Shown: positions 32,201 through 43,486 of the stretch, one piece after another
How positions within the stretch are numbered: position 1 is the stretch's first letter
Layout: the number at the start of each line of letters is the position of its first letter
DNA from: a virus
Taxonomy: Duplodnaviria > Caudoviricetes
DNA length: 64,000 bases
Strand: one strand, 5' to 3'
IMG/VR virus record: IMGVR_UViG_3300023060_000001
Span: 65,543 to 129,542 of that record
Made by a program: the position numbers and the translations under genes
The notes under the pieces: generated by a model
The model's input: the letters and a program-made list of their open reading frames with translations, nothing else
What the model was told of the DNA's origin: nothing
The model's database searches: none

Positions 32201-32772
32201 ATAAAAGTTTAATGTTTAGCAGCGATAACCAAAAATGGGCGACCCGAGAAACCACTCTTAGAAGCATAGAACAGCAGTTAGGACGTTCCTACAATGTTGA
32301 CCCCTGCTGCGAAGAATCCACCGCAAAATGTAAGTTATTCATCACACAAGAAGATGACTTATTTAAAGTGGGTAGTATTCGTGATAAGTTTAACCTTCCT
32401 AAAGTGGAAATGTTTGTCAATCCGCCTTATGGAACAATGCAGAAGAAGTTTGTAGAAAAGGTAATCACTCTGTGTGAAGAAGATAACGTTGTTGCGGATA
32501 TATTAATCCCCTCTCGCACAGATACTCAACTTTTCCACGATGTTATCCTTCATAAAGCAAATGCTGTATATTTTATAAAAGGTCGTATCACATTTGGTGA
32601 TGATGCTTATTGGCAATGGGTGTGGAAACAAGAGTTCATTGATGGAAAGAAGAATAACCTTTATCAGAAGTTTGGTAAAATGAATCCAGCACCATTTCCT
32701 TCGATGGTAGTATCTGTTGGTGGAAAGGGTATTTTCCAGATGAGTACATTACAATTGGAGAAGGAGAGATAA
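32197..32772 (+). CDS. Phage-type DNA N6-adenine methyltransferase (T1/HP1 Dam-like family)
   Basis: W.T, DPCC, FVNPPYG, LIPSRTDT..FH, FIKGRITF, APFPS; TTG start after GGAGGA. Confidence 0.88.
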   Translation: MNKSLMFSSDNQKWATRETTLRSIEQQLGRSYNVDPCCEESTAKCKLFITQEDDLFKVGSIRDKFNLPKVEMFVNPPYGTMQKKFVEKVITLCEEDNVVADILIPSRTDTQLFHDVILHKANAVYFIKGRITFGDDAYWQWVWKQEFIDGKKNNLYQKFGKMNPAPFPSMVVSVGGKGIFQMSTLQLEKER

Positions 32773-32773
32773 T

Positions 32774-33692
32774 GTGAATGAAGAAATAAATTGGGACGAA
32801 GATTCCTTGCAAGATCAACTTTCTCACATAGCAAACATTCTGCACAATATCTGTTGTTCAATGGAAGATGAAGGGCATCAGGATACCCTTGGAAAAATGG
32901 CAACTGACCTTTGGGAACTATCTAAGTTTTATAAGTTAACACCTGAACAAAAACTTCGTGCAAAGGTATGGGATACTGTTGCGGAAACAGATATTCGTGA
33001 ATCGGATATAGACTCTATCACAACGGACATTTTAGAAAAGTTTAAATTGGAGGAGAAATGAATTACCAAACTTTAGTAAAGAAATTGCGCCCTATAAATT
33101 GGTTTGATAAACTGAGAGCTTGTATTTTTAAAAGTGGTTGTACCTTTTCAGGTGACTACTGCGAAGTGTACTCGGATTGGTTAGATAATAAACTGGCTAA
33201 TATGGATATTAATACTTTAAAGGTGGATACTCATAGTCTAACTTTTAAAACTACATCAAGTGAACATGTTAAGTTATGGGTTGCAAACTATCCCTATAAT
33301 TATGGTAATGATGAAAGTTATAATTCACCTTATGAAAGACGTAACAAATACCCTAGTTGGAAGGTTGTACTTAAACTAAGAGAAATACACCTTTCACAAA
33401 AAGATAAGATTTTGGAAAATTATAAGAAGTCTCTCGCAGGAGAAATAAAATGAATTTCACATTAGACGAATTAAAACGTTTTCAGCAAAATGGCACTTTG
33501 GAAAGCATGATCCTTTCACATGGACTACTTCCTATGCAAGTGTTGGAAATTGTACTAGGAGATGTTAGTTATGATTTGGATGAAATTGAATCTCTTGAAA
33601 CTAAATGCAGCTCTTTAGAAGAAGATATAATGGATTTGGAAGAAGAGTTATCTGCACTAGAAGAAGAATTGGCTGAATGTGATTGTAACTAA
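32774..33692 (+). other. Three hypothetical genes (32774-33061, 33058-33453, 33450-33692)
   Basis: Coupled ORFs with GGAG RBSs. Confidence 0.7.
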
Positions 33693-33761
33693 CGCACCAA
33701 ACAGGACGTTTCAGACGCAATTGATTCACTTATAGTAGGGTAGCTTACCCATTAGTATAAA

Positions 33762-33796
33762 AACCTCTTAGACGTTCTGTTTAAGAGGTTATTTTC
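33762..33796 (+). terminator. Terminator-like hairpin with an alternative upstream pairing
   Basis: AACCTCTTAGAC/GTTTAAGAGGTT followed by ATTTT. Confidence 0.6.
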
Positions 33797-33814
33797 GTTT
33801 CAAAGGGGATATTT

Positions 33815-33973
33815 ATGAATGGGTACAAGGTCGGAGAAGTAGTGGGACGTAAACTAGCAGGGAACAGACTTTTCAAATTGAAATATATCGGTGAAGTGTA
33901 TTGCATTGCGGAAAATGTTTCCACTGGAGAAGAATGTGTTATTAAATTGAAGAATTTGAAGAAACCTATTTAA
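33815..33973 (+). CDS. Small hypothetical protein (52 aa, not in track)
   Basis: RBS AGGGGA; MNGYKVGEVV...; ends at terminator. Confidence 0.6.
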   Translation: MNGYKVGEVVGRKLAGNRLFKLKYIGEVYCIAENVSTGEECVIKLKNLKKPI

Positions 33974-33976
33974 AAT

Positions 33977-34001
33977 AAAGGGGAGCGAAAGCTCCCTTTT
34001 T
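33977..34001. terminator. Bidirectional terminator
   Basis: AAAGGGGAGC-GAAA-GCTCCCTTTTT between convergent genes. Confidence 0.85.
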
Positions 34002-34013
34002 GCTATGTGGAAA

Positions 34014-34567
34014 TTATTTATCCTTAACCTTATTAACCCCTCTACGCTTCTTGTTATTTATCCAAACAACACTTTGCTCTATATCATACCTCTTTATCAA
34101 AGCGTTAAATGTTACAGTTAAATCAACATTTGAAACAACACCCTCTCTTTCCATGAAACGAGATACACTTCCTAAATTAGGGAAAGTTTTAGTTGAAGCT
34201 TTATACCAATTACCCGAATCCTCCACCACCTTGTGATGGTGTAGAAGGTAATACCCATTTTTGTACTCAGTACTCCATGTTTTATTAATAAACATTATTT
34301 ACTCTCCTTCCGATTAAATTCCCACTTCTTCCAAACGTCATTCATCACTTGTGAATAACTTCTCAAATATTTCTCCTTGTATTGCTCGCATTCCCATTCA
34401 TCACCAACTTCTGCCATGAACAAAGTGTACTCCTCTTCGGGTAAAGCATCCCACTTACTTTCAACCAAGAGGATTTCCTTTCTAGAAGGGGCAGCCTTTC
34501 TAGCATCTTCTTTCATCTTATCCGCAAAAGCTTGCAATTCTACTAAAGCTTCTTCTACACTGGACAT
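34014..34567 (-). other. Two leftward hypothetical genes (34295-34567, 34014-34295)
   Basis: RBS AGGAG; own promoter; shared terminator. Confidence 0.7.
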
Positions 34568-34594
34568 ATATTCTCCTTTTGTTAGTATTAACCT

Positions 34595-34680
34595 TTATTG
34601 TAACATGTAAACACTTTATGTCAACAGGGAAATACTTTTAAACAAGGTGTTGACTTGCGGAAATATTAGTGTAGAATTGA
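34595..34680. promoter_or_regulatory. Divergent sigma70 promoters
   Basis: Minus strand TTGACA...TACAAT; plus strand TTGACT...TAGAAT. Confidence 0.65.
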
Positions 34681-34707
34681 GGTTTATTGTTAATGAGAGG
34701 AGATGTT

Positions 34708-36123
34708 ATGTCGGAATTGGAGACAGAAGATTCGTTGAAGTGGTTATTTAATAAAGTAGATTTTGAACTTAACGAAAAGCAGAGAAAATTCATAGTAAAT
34801 TTTATAAATTCAGAAAAAAGCTTTATATTACAAGGACTTGCGGGTAGTGGCAAATCAACCATAATGTCTTTGTTAAAAGATTACTATCAGCACAGTATAT
34901 TATTCACCGCTACAACAGGCGTGGCAAACTTATCTCTGCCTAATAATATAGGTAATGGGACAGCGCACTCATGTTTATCGTTAGCTATGGAACCTTCAAA
35001 TGAGTTACATTATAAAAAGACATCCACCACAACCAATAAGTTACTCGGAAGTAGTGATACAGTACAGATAATAGTTGTGGATGAAGCGTTCGGATTAAAC
35101 AGTGATAACCTAGATTTGATATGGAGACGTATTGAAAGGTATAATAAACGCACCTCTAAACGGAAAGCTCGTAAGATTAGGTTGCTGTTAGTAGGTGATA
35201 GTGCTCAACAAGTAACTATAGCTGATGACAACACACAAGAAGAACTTAAACGTAGATGGGGTCATCACCTGATGTTTAGAAGTTCTGTATGGGACAGGTT
35301 TGATTTTCAAGTAGCAGTGTTGGATAAAGTAGAACGACAGAAGGACAAGGTCTACATGGCTTGTTTAGAAGTCATACGTTATAACCAGAAAAACCGATTT
35401 GAGAAATGTTTACCTTGGTTGAATACACTTTATAATCCTAATTATAACCCTGACCAATTAGTTCTTGCGGCAACTAATAAAACAGTAGATAAGATAAACC
35501 AAAGTGCTCTATCACGTAACCCAAACAAGAAAGTTGTTTTTAAGGGAGAAGTAACAGGAAAATTCAATATGAAGGATGTCCTAATAAAGAAAGACATTAC
35601 TTTATGTGAAGGTGCATTGGTTATGTTAGCGAATAACGACAGAGAAGGTAGATGGGTTAATGGTAGTAGAGGTGTTGTTACGGATATGATCCACGGAGAA
35701 GGTGTGTGGATTGAATTTAAAGACGGACAAACACATTTTGTAGAGTATATAGAATACGAGAATACAGAAACTTACGTGGAAAAGGATGTGAAGCAGAATG
35801 ATGGGACTAACAAGGATGAATTGAGGAAAAAGGTATTGGGTAGACTGGTAGCTTTACCTATACTGATAGGTTACTGTATTTCTATTTCTAAAAGTCAAGG
35901 GCTTACTTTGACAGATAGTTATGTTATTGATATGGAGAAACCGTACCTGTACACGTGGGAGAAATTAGGATCATTCGGTACACAGTTTCTATATGTTGCG
36001 TTAAGTAGAGCTTCGGAAAAAGAGTTAGTTACTCTAGCAACTAAGTTAGAACCTAGTCATGTGAAGGTTTGCCAAGAGAGTATAGACTTTTGGTATGAGT
36101 GTGTCGAGAAGAGTATAATTTAA
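34708..36123 (+). CDS. SF1B helicase (Pif1/RecD/Dda-like)
   Basis: GLAGSGKS, ATTGVA, VVDEA, VGDSAQ, KVERQKD, SISKSQGLT, YVALSR. Confidence 0.92.
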   Translation: MSELETEDSLKWLFNKVDFELNEKQRKFIVNFINSEKSFILQGLAGSGKSTIMSLLKDYYQHSILFTATTGVANLSLPNNIGNGTAHSCLSLAMEPSNELHYKKTSTTTNKLLGSSDTVQIIVVDEAFGLNSDNLDLIWRRIERYNKRTSKRKARKIRLLLVGDSAQQVTIADDNTQEELKRRWGHHLMFRSSVWDRFDFQVAVLDKVERQKDKVYMACLEVIRYNQKNRFEKCLPWLNTLYNPNYNPDQLVLAATNKTVDKINQSALSRNPNKKVVFKGEVTGKFNMKDVLIKKDITLCEGALVMLANNDREGRWVNGSRGVVTDMIHGEGVWIEFKDGQTHFVEYIEYENTETYVEKDVKQNDGTNKDELRKKVLGRLVALPILIGYCISISKSQGLTLTDSYVIDMEKPYLYTWEKLGSFGTQFLYVALSRASEKELVTLATKLEPSHVKVCQESIDFWYECVEKSII

Positions 36124-36132
36124 GGAATATTT

Positions 36133-36543
36133 ATGAAACTAATCATTGCAGGAGGAAGAACCTTTTCAAATTTTGAATATGGTTTCAAATGTATCGACCA
36201 CATGACAAAAGATATTCCTAAATCCGAAATAACCATCATTTGCGGCAAGGCCGCAGGTGGTGACACTTGCGGAGAAGAGTGGTACAAACTTCACAAAGAA
36301 GAAGGTGTACAAATAGAATACCTTATCCCGAAGTGGGATGACATTTCCGCACCTGATGCTGTTATTAAAATTAACAAATTTGGAAAAGAGTACAATGCCA
36401 AAGCAGGGATGGATCGTAATCACGCAATGGGAGACACTGCCACACATTTGATTGCCTTTTGGGATAATAAGTCCCGTGGTACAAAAGATATGATAAATTA
36501 CATGACAAAACTGGATAAACCTGTTAAAGTGTTTGACTATTAG
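36133..36543 (+). CDS. SLOG-superfamily (DUF2493/YspA-like) protein
   Basis: MKLIIAGGR, ICGKAAGGD, AGMDRNHAM, AFWD.KSRGT. Confidence 0.85.
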   Translation: MKLIIAGGRTFSNFEYGFKCIDHMTKDIPKSEITIICGKAAGGDTCGEEWYKLHKEEGVQIEYLIPKWDDISAPDAVIKINKFGKEYNAKAGMDRNHAMGDTATHLIAFWDNKSRGTKDMINYMTKLDKPVKVFDY

Positions 36544-36561
36544 AAAAGGGGTATTGGGTAA

Positions 36562-38030
36562 ATGAGAAATAAAACTTTAATACAGGAACTTTGCCGAATA
36601 TTAAATATAACCTACAAGGATATTCACATTGATTACAATAACAATTGTGGAGAAGATGTTGTTTATATCAAAGGAGAATTTGCAGGTTATGTAGAAGACT
36701 TTTGGAAATGTACCACTTTAGAAGAGTTGAGAGGAAAATTATGAATAAAGAAAAATGTGTTGAAATTATACATAACACCATATCTAAAATACTGCTCACC
36801 ACTGAAGAATTTAATTTAACAGATAGTAGAATATTACTAGAAGTTTTAATAAAAGAAGGTTACATTAAGGAAACAGTTTTCAAAGGAGAAACCAGTGAAT
36901 AAAATTTACAACTTAACCGAAGGTGATTGGACTAATGCATCCGAAGATATCGATGAAATTGTTTACCAATATTTAGAAAATTACCCTAAAGAAGAATTAC
37001 TCGTTGTCGAAAGTGTATTCCTTTATGAGGGTGTACCTGTTCAAAAGTATATGTCCGATTATATTGATGTGGATTATATGCTTGATATGGCAGAGAGTAA
37101 CGCTTGTGATGAAGTGGGTGAATTTGCGGAGGGGTGGCTAGATTATGTCACCACACCCCAACGAGATGAATTGGCAGAAATGATTACCCAGTGGGCAAAT
37201 AAGAACCACCTTCAACCAAAGTTTCAACATATTGACGAAGTGGATGAAATTGAGGTGGAAGTGGATGAAGTTATCCGCAATGAATTATTAAAACTTTTAG
37301 AAGGAGGTGATTGTGGAATTTAATGGTGCTGTGCTGGTTGATAACCACAAAATTGAGAATGCTTTGGAAAATTGTAGTTTATTAAAGTTAGAATATGATT
37401 TGGAAATTTCCCGTTGTAAGGAAAAACTTTCTTCTCAAATAGGTGACTTATCTTGGTGGGACAAATCCTTATGCAATGATGGTGATGCGGATTGGTTCAA
37501 AGTTTACAAAAGAAAGTACAAGGGTCAATACTACCGTTGTTTTAGTAATAACTGGTTAGACAATTTCCAAAGTGTAGGTTTAGTTTCAGAGGAAAGTTAT
37601 AAAAAGTTTGGAGATATGGGAGAGAACTATTATAGCTACACTAAACAATTTTGGCCTTTGAGTTCTCTTATTAAAGCAGGGACTCCTGTCTACCTTAACC
37701 ATAAACAAGCTGATTTTGTGAATACATTTTATAAGGAGAATAACAATGTTCAAAACTAAACGTACCAAAGAATTAGAAGCTTGTGAACGAGAATTATACT
37801 TTCTCAAAATGGAAATTAGTGCAATAGCTACATGGTGTGCGGCAGACTCACCTGAAATAGGTTTTGCTATGAGAAGACTCCTTGGAGAAGATATTCACGA
37901 AGTAGATATTAGTCTCTGGAGGGATAAACTTCGTAAAGGTGAATTTACTTGGCAGGAGTATATACGTCCTTCTCCACCTAAACCTCCTGAGAATCGTATC
38001 ATCCATAACGGAAAACTTTTGAGTAAATAA
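36562..38030 (+). other. Run of hypothetical genes (36562-36744, ~36742-36902, 36895-37323 very acidic, 37307-37759, 37746-38030)
   Basis: Coupled ORFs. Confidence 0.65.
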
Positions 38031-38116
38031 TACTTGACTTAAGGATCACTCTTAGGATAATATCATCCAAAAGAGAAATATACTTTATTTTAGAAACACT
38101 GAACAGGAGAGATATC

Positions 38117-38632
38117 ATGAAAGAATTAGATTTAACAGGTGCAAAATTATTAAAACTTTGGTTACGAATGGGATACTATGATTACCAGATTTCTGGTGAA
38201 AAGGATATTTGTACACTTGTGCGGATGTGTTTGAAAAGTGGACTTTGTGGGGTGGGATATCTAGTGGCAATTGCGTTTATGTTTGCAGTAGGTGCTTCCT
38301 TACTTTACATAGGTTATTGTATGTTCTCATTTTTAACATTGTATTTACCAGAAGCTTACTATGCTCCTGTGGATGATATAATATTTAGTTACATACTTTT
38401 ACCTATACTAAGTGTAATCGCTTTAATAGGTTTCACTGCAGAAGTGTTACAAGGTAAAAGAAACTTTGCCCCAGAATATATGAAACGTCCACTAAGGAAA
38501 CTTTTCAAAAATAGCACATCTTCTACGGAAGAAACCATTGTTAAAGAAAAGACACCATCTAAAACGTGGATTGCTATTAAGGAAATGTACCGTAGTGTGA
38601 AAGATAAAACTTGTATCAAGGTGAAGCTATGA
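38117..38632 (+). CDS. Membrane protein
   Basis: Two TM segments; promoter TTGACT-17-GATAAT and RBS AGGAG upstream. Confidence 0.75.
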   Translation: MKELDLTGAKLLKLWLRMGYYDYQISGEKDICTLVRMCLKSGLCGVGYLVAIAFMFAVGASLLYIGYCMFSFLTLYLPEAYYAPVDDIIFSYILLPILSVIALIGFTAEVLQGKRNFAPEYMKRPLRKLFKNSTSSTEETIVKEKTPSKTWIAIKEMYRSVKDKTCIKVKL

Positions 38633-40698
38633 GTAAAAAGAACCCTCCTAAAAATAGAGACTTTCTTGGATTAGTTAAATCTGGTGAAAATGTTTATTGG
38701 GATATATTTTTCTATGGTAGGAAGGAGGACGGTCTTAGAAAAGCTGAATTTGTTGATAGAGGTTTATTCTCTATGCCACCACTTATACGTTGGGAAGAAA
38801 TGCCTGTTATAGAGGAATCAGATTATGATAAATAACATTAGAATCAGGAATCAGCCTTTGTTCAAAGAGTTTACTTTTACTGAACAGGAGATGAAACGTT
38901 ATGTGTTGAAAACTCCGCATAGAGTTTGGGACAAGTCCGTTGGAGATATAATACCTCTACACTTAGATGTGCTATTAACTCCTTTTGAATATACAATCCT
39001 TGAGGGAGTGTTCAACTATGAACCAAACTCAAACATTTTTACAAAGGAAGAAACTGAAGGTAAGTTACGGGAGATATCACATGTTTTATCGGCAGCAGCA
39101 GAAATTGTAAAAGTGATGTCCTTAGATGAAGTAGAGTTTATTGAAGTGGACAAAGAAACTTTTGATAAGTGGGCGACATTTCGGGAATGGTGTGTTATTG
39201 TAGGAGAAGGTGCGTGAACGATAACAGTGTAGCTAGAAAGATTAGTAAAGAGATGAACAACCAATATGTAGAATCTATTGAGGTAATTAACTTAGATGTT
39301 ATTTTAAAAGATCTGTTCATTTCGGATGAATTAAAAGAGGAAATTTTAGAAGAAGGATTCTTTGATTGTTACGCAGGTGGTGATTTTGAAATACTCATAA
39401 TAACTTATGCTTATGATAAAACATTAGTGGCATTGAATAATTTCTCCTCTGACCCAGCAGAATATCTTTTCCATTGCACAGACGGTTCTGTTTGGGTATC
39501 TTCAATGTTACCTGCAATGGAGTATGAGGAAGGGGGTTGGTACGCTGGTGATGAGATTATCCAAGTTGACCAAACAGAACCTTATGAAAATAAGGATAGT
39601 TGGTGCTATAGGAGTTTGAACAAGGTAAACGCTTATAAAAGTTTAGGTGTTAGTGTGGAAACTATGAGGAAGATTGTGGAGGGTTTATGAATAAGAAAGA
39701 GCGGGAAATTTTATCAAAGATTATTGCTGAGATGAAATATAGTAACAACACAGTACATGAGGCTATAGATTATGCAGATAGGATATTGAGAGAATTCCCT
39801 TTCTTAAAGGATGATATGACTTGTGAAAAAGGGGATGTATTAGAAGATAACATTGTGGAGAATATAGGAATATTCTTAAGAAATAATAATAACCCTCTTG
39901 CTTTAAGAAAACACACCAACAATAAAATGATTCAAAAATGGGAAGATACTAAATATACAATTCTTTGGGATTTGTTAGATGAGGAAGATATCACCTTATC
40001 GGAATTAGAAGATATAACCAAAGATTACGAGGGAGTAAAAAGGATTGTTTTATCTTGGGGTTGGAGAACAGTAGTAAAGTACCACTGTGAAGATGGAGAA
40101 TTTTTAAAATGGTGTACTAAATTACTATAAGTATTATTTTAAATTAAAGGGTTCATTATTATTGAACGAGAGGAGAAATTGAACATGAATGGAAAAATAG
40201 AAGTGGGTTTCATTTGTTATAAATATCGATGGTCAGATGGTGTAGGTACAATGTTTCAATTTTTTCCTGACGGAGAATGGGACGAAGATAAGCTTACCAT
40301 AGAGGAAGCTTTAGAATATTACCCTATTGATAAGTATGAGTGGGTATTTTTAGAGGAGAGATTATGAAAGAATTAAAATTAAGCGAAGAAGATCAATTAG
40401 CTTTAGTGGAAGCATTAGAGAACGAAACACTACCCTCAAAAGAGGTAATTAACCGTTGGAAGAAAGCAGCTAGTGCTTATAAGAAGTGGGAAGAAAAGGG
40501 TTTAAAGATTAAAGAAGTTTTTGAAGTAAGCGATGAGATTCATTAAGGGGAGATTGATTTATGTATGATGTAGTGGATGATGGTTTCTGGGGAATTCCAG
40601 AAGGTACACCTTCCGATGATGGGAATGGAGAATACGACTCTTCTGAAGGGTGTAGTTATTGTGGGTTTTGGCAATGTGCGGGTGATTGTGATGACTAA
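38611..40698 (+). other. Run of hypothetical genes (38611-38835, 38825-39217, 39169-39690, 39687-40130, 40179-40367, 40340-40546, 40561-40698)
   Basis: Coupled ORFs; last one is a 45-aa Asp/Cys-rich ORF not in the track. Confidence 0.65.
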
Positions 40699-40729
40699 GG
40701 TTGTTGCTGTGGTGTGAGGAGAAGATTAA

Positions 40730-41467
40730 GTGGATTATAAATATACAAGCGAGAAAGGTAATAACATTTGGTTAATGCAGGGTGATTGTTTGGAGAGGAT
40801 GAAAGAGATTCCTGATGGGAGTGTTGACTTTATACTAACAGACCCTCCTTACAATATAGCTAAGAAAAATAATTTTCACACTATGGGGCGACAAGGTATA
40901 GATTTCGGAGAGTGGGATAAAGGTTTCGACTTATTCTCTTATATAGATCAACTCCCTAGGTTGTTGACAAAAAATGCTAGTGTCGTAATTTTCAACGATT
41001 GGAAGAATATAGGAGAGATAGCTAAGTATTGTGAAAGTAAAGGTTTTATCATCAAAGATATGATTCGTTGGGAGAAAGCCAACCCTATGCCTAGAAATAA
41101 AGAAAGACGCTATGTTACTGATTATGAAGTGGCAGTTTGGGTTACAATGCCAAAAGCTAAATGGGTTTTTAACAGGCAAAGTGATACCTATGATAGACCG
41201 ATGTACAAAGGAGGTTTAACGCCTTCAAGTGAAAAAGTAGGACACACTACACAAAAACCTGTAAAATTCATGGAACACTTAATTAAAACTCACACTGAGA
41301 AAGGTGCGACCGTGTTAGATTTATTCATGGGAAGTGGTGCCACAATTAAAGCAGCTAATAACCTTAACAGAAATGTAATCGGTATTGAAATGGGACATTG
41401 TGAGAAGAAAGACCACAAGTATGAAGGTGTTGATTGGACTGATGTGGTATATGATTGTGTTAAGTAG
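40730..41467 (+). CDS. DNA N4-cytosine/N6-adenine methyltransferase (beta class)
   Basis: GDCLE, TDPPY, HTTQKP, VLDLFMGSG. Confidence 0.92.
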   Translation: MDYKYTSEKGNNIWLMQGDCLERMKEIPDGSVDFILTDPPYNIAKKNNFHTMGRQGIDFGEWDKGFDLFSYIDQLPRLLTKNASVVIFNDWKNIGEIAKYCESKGFIIKDMIRWEKANPMPRNKERRYVTDYEVAVWVTMPKAKWVFNRQSDTYDRPMYKGGLTPSSEKVGHTTQKPVKFMEHLIKTHTEKGATVLDLFMGSGATIKAANNLNRNVIGIEMGHCEKKDHKYEGVDWTDVVYDCVK

Positions 41468-41476
41468 GGGGATTAA

Positions 41477-41734
41477 GTGAGAGAAGAAATACACTACTTT
41501 ATAAGGGTTAAACTTATACCCGAGAGTATAAAACCTTTGTACTGGGATGAAGTTAATTTCGAAAGGATAACAGACGAAGATTTCATAGGAGTGGAAGTGG
41601 TAACAGATTCTGATCTTGTGTATGTCCCAAAGAGTCACTATGTAGGAGGATGTGGGAGTTTTTGGCTAGAGGATTTACCGATGGAATGGGTATTTACCAG
41701 AGAAGGTAAGAATATTCTTATAGATGCGGTTTGA
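41477..41734 (+). CDS. Hypothetical protein
   Basis: RBS AGGGGG. Confidence 0.6.
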   Translation: MREEIHYFIRVKLIPESIKPLYWDEVNFERITDEDFIGVEVVTDSDLVYVPKSHYVGGCGSFWLEDLPMEWVFTREGKNILIDAV

Positions 41735-41740
41735 TTGGGG

Positions 41741-41769
41741 TTGACAAAACTGGGAAAACATGGGATAAT
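41741..41769 (+). promoter_or_regulatory. Sigma70 promoter
   Basis: TTGACA-17 bp-GATAAT. Confidence 0.7.
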
Positions 41770-41803
41770 AGTGTAACAGTTGATAACAAGAGGTAATATT
41801 ACA

Positions 41804-41968
41804 ATGGAGAAAACCATCTTCAAACCAAATGAGTTTGCAGAAATAATTGGTGTTAGTACAAAAACATTAAAGAATTGGGATAAAAGTGGAAAGCTTGTGG
41901 CAAGGAGAACCCCTTCTAACCATAAGTTTTATACAAAAGAGGATTTGGATGAATATTTAGCCCCGTGA
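41804..41968 (+). CDS. MerR-like HTH DNA-binding protein
   Basis: EFAEIIGVSTKTLKNWDKSGKL...RTPSNHKFY. Confidence 0.85.
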   Translation: MEKTIFKPNEFAEIIGVSTKTLKNWDKSGKLVARRTPSNHKFYTKEDLDEYLAP

Positions 41969-41995
41969 GGGGCTTTTGTCGTTGGAGGAAAGGGT

Positions 41996-43486
41996 TTGAT
42001 AATAAATATAAAAGAGGCTGCTCCTTCTTTAGGGAAAACTTATGGGGCGGCTCTCCATATAAGAGAGTCAGGTGGTAATTTTATAATAGCTTCTATTTCT
42101 AAAGAATTAGGTAAACAAACTTACAAATTATTGAAAGAATTGGGGGTGGATGATGTACTTTTAGTTAATTCCGAAGTGAAATATGTTAATGGGGTGATGG
42201 GTAGATTTTTAGAAGCAATAGAGGAGAAAGAAGCGAGAGTTATTATAATAACACATAAATTATTAGAAATGACCTACAAACAAGGTTATGATTTCTCTGA
42301 ATGGGAATTGATAATAGACGAAGTACCTAACAGTTTTATAGAAGTTACCTCTTTCGAACAATATTCAGAAGATGAAACCACTATTATACAACAATTCCTA
42401 ACTAATACAGGTGTTAAAATTTCTGGCTCTTGGGTTAGGGAGGTGTATAGGCTTAAGCAGGGTGTAAGGAAGAAACTTGAAGATAGGTTAGAGGATATGA
42501 GGAAAAGTCGGGACTCTAGTCTAAGGGAAAATGTACTTGATGCGTACGAATACTTACTTTTAGGTGGTGCTATTCAAAGGTGGCAAGATGAAAAAGACCC
42601 TAACAAGTGTAGGTACATGTTTCTGAAAGTGTTAAGTCCTTTAGAATTATTCAACCCCTTTAAGGTAGTCACACTGATTGCAGCAAACATAGAGAAAACT
42701 ATGGTAGGTCAGATATGGACTAAAATATTCAATGTTTCCTTGGTGGACGATGAAAATATTAGACTCAGGTACGATAAAATACCAAACACTGGTAAGATAA
42801 CTATATACCCTATGCTTGAGAGTGCGGACTTATCCAGAAACTTACTAGATAAAAATGAATCTACTAACTTTGAACTGATGTTGAAAGAAGTTCATAAAAT
42901 TGTAGGGGATGAGGAATACATATATTCTTTTAACAACTACCGAGAAAGAAATTTACCTCTGGGAGAGAGAATACCTGTAATTACACACGGATTAAACAAG
43001 TTTTCCAATGTACATTCTTGTGTATGTTTATTCTCTTACAATCCTAACAAATTTACAAGGGATTTATTAGTTGATTTAGCTGAACACTTTAAACTACCAG
43101 AAGAAACTTTTGTAGAAGCTTACATAACCAGTTACTACTTAGAATATACTTTCCAAGCAGTATCTAGGGTCAGTATACGAAAACACGATAGCACTCACCC
43201 AGTGAAACTTATAGTCGGAGACAAGAAATGTGCAGAATACTTAAAGAGTACGTGGTTTGATGAAGCAGTAATAGACTATTCACATAAAATAAACCTACCA
43301 CCCCCTGAAAAGGTAGGAAGGAAAGGTGGTTTTCCCACAGAGTTTAATTTCAGTGGTGGAGAAAAGACTTGGTTTTACAGACAGCAGAAAGAGAATGGAT
43401 TATTTGGTAGGAAACTGGATTTCCATGATAAGGGAGATTATGATTTAGTGTTCAACGCTATAAAGAAGAAAAGAGGACAAATATAA
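41996..43486 (+). CDS. SF2 helicase-like protein, putative replication origin-binding protein
   Basis: AAPSLGKT, IITH, IIDEVP, HGLNKF, QAVSRVSIR. Confidence 0.7.
   Translation: MIINIKEAAPSLGKTYGAALHIRESGGNFIIASISKELGKQTYKLLKELGVDDVLLVNSEVKYVNGVMGRFLEAIEEKEARVIIITHKLLEMTYKQGYDFSEWELIIDEVPNSFIEVTSFEQYSEDETTIIQQFLTNTGVKISGSWVREVYRLKQGVRKKLEDRLEDMRKSRDSSLRENVLDAYEYLLLGGAIQRWQDEKDPNKCRYMFLKVLSPLELFNPFKVVTLIAANIEKTMVGQIWTKIFNVSLVDDENIRLRYDKIPNTGKITIYPMLESADLSRNLLDKNESTNFELMLKEVHKIVGDEEYIYSFNNYRERNLPLGERIPVITHGLNKFSNVHSCVCLFSYNPNKFTRDLLVDLAEHFKLPEETFVEAYITSYYLEYTFQAVSRVSIRKHDSTHPVKLIVGDKKCAEYLKSTWFDEAVIDYSHKINLPPPEKVGRKGGFPTEFNFSGGEKTWFYRQQKENGLFGRKLDFHDKGDYDLVFNAIKKKRGQI

Noticed and set aside
41804-43486. 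IS607-like element suggested by the MerR-type HTH
   Set aside because: No serine recombinase domain or TnpB follows; the next gene is helicase-like.
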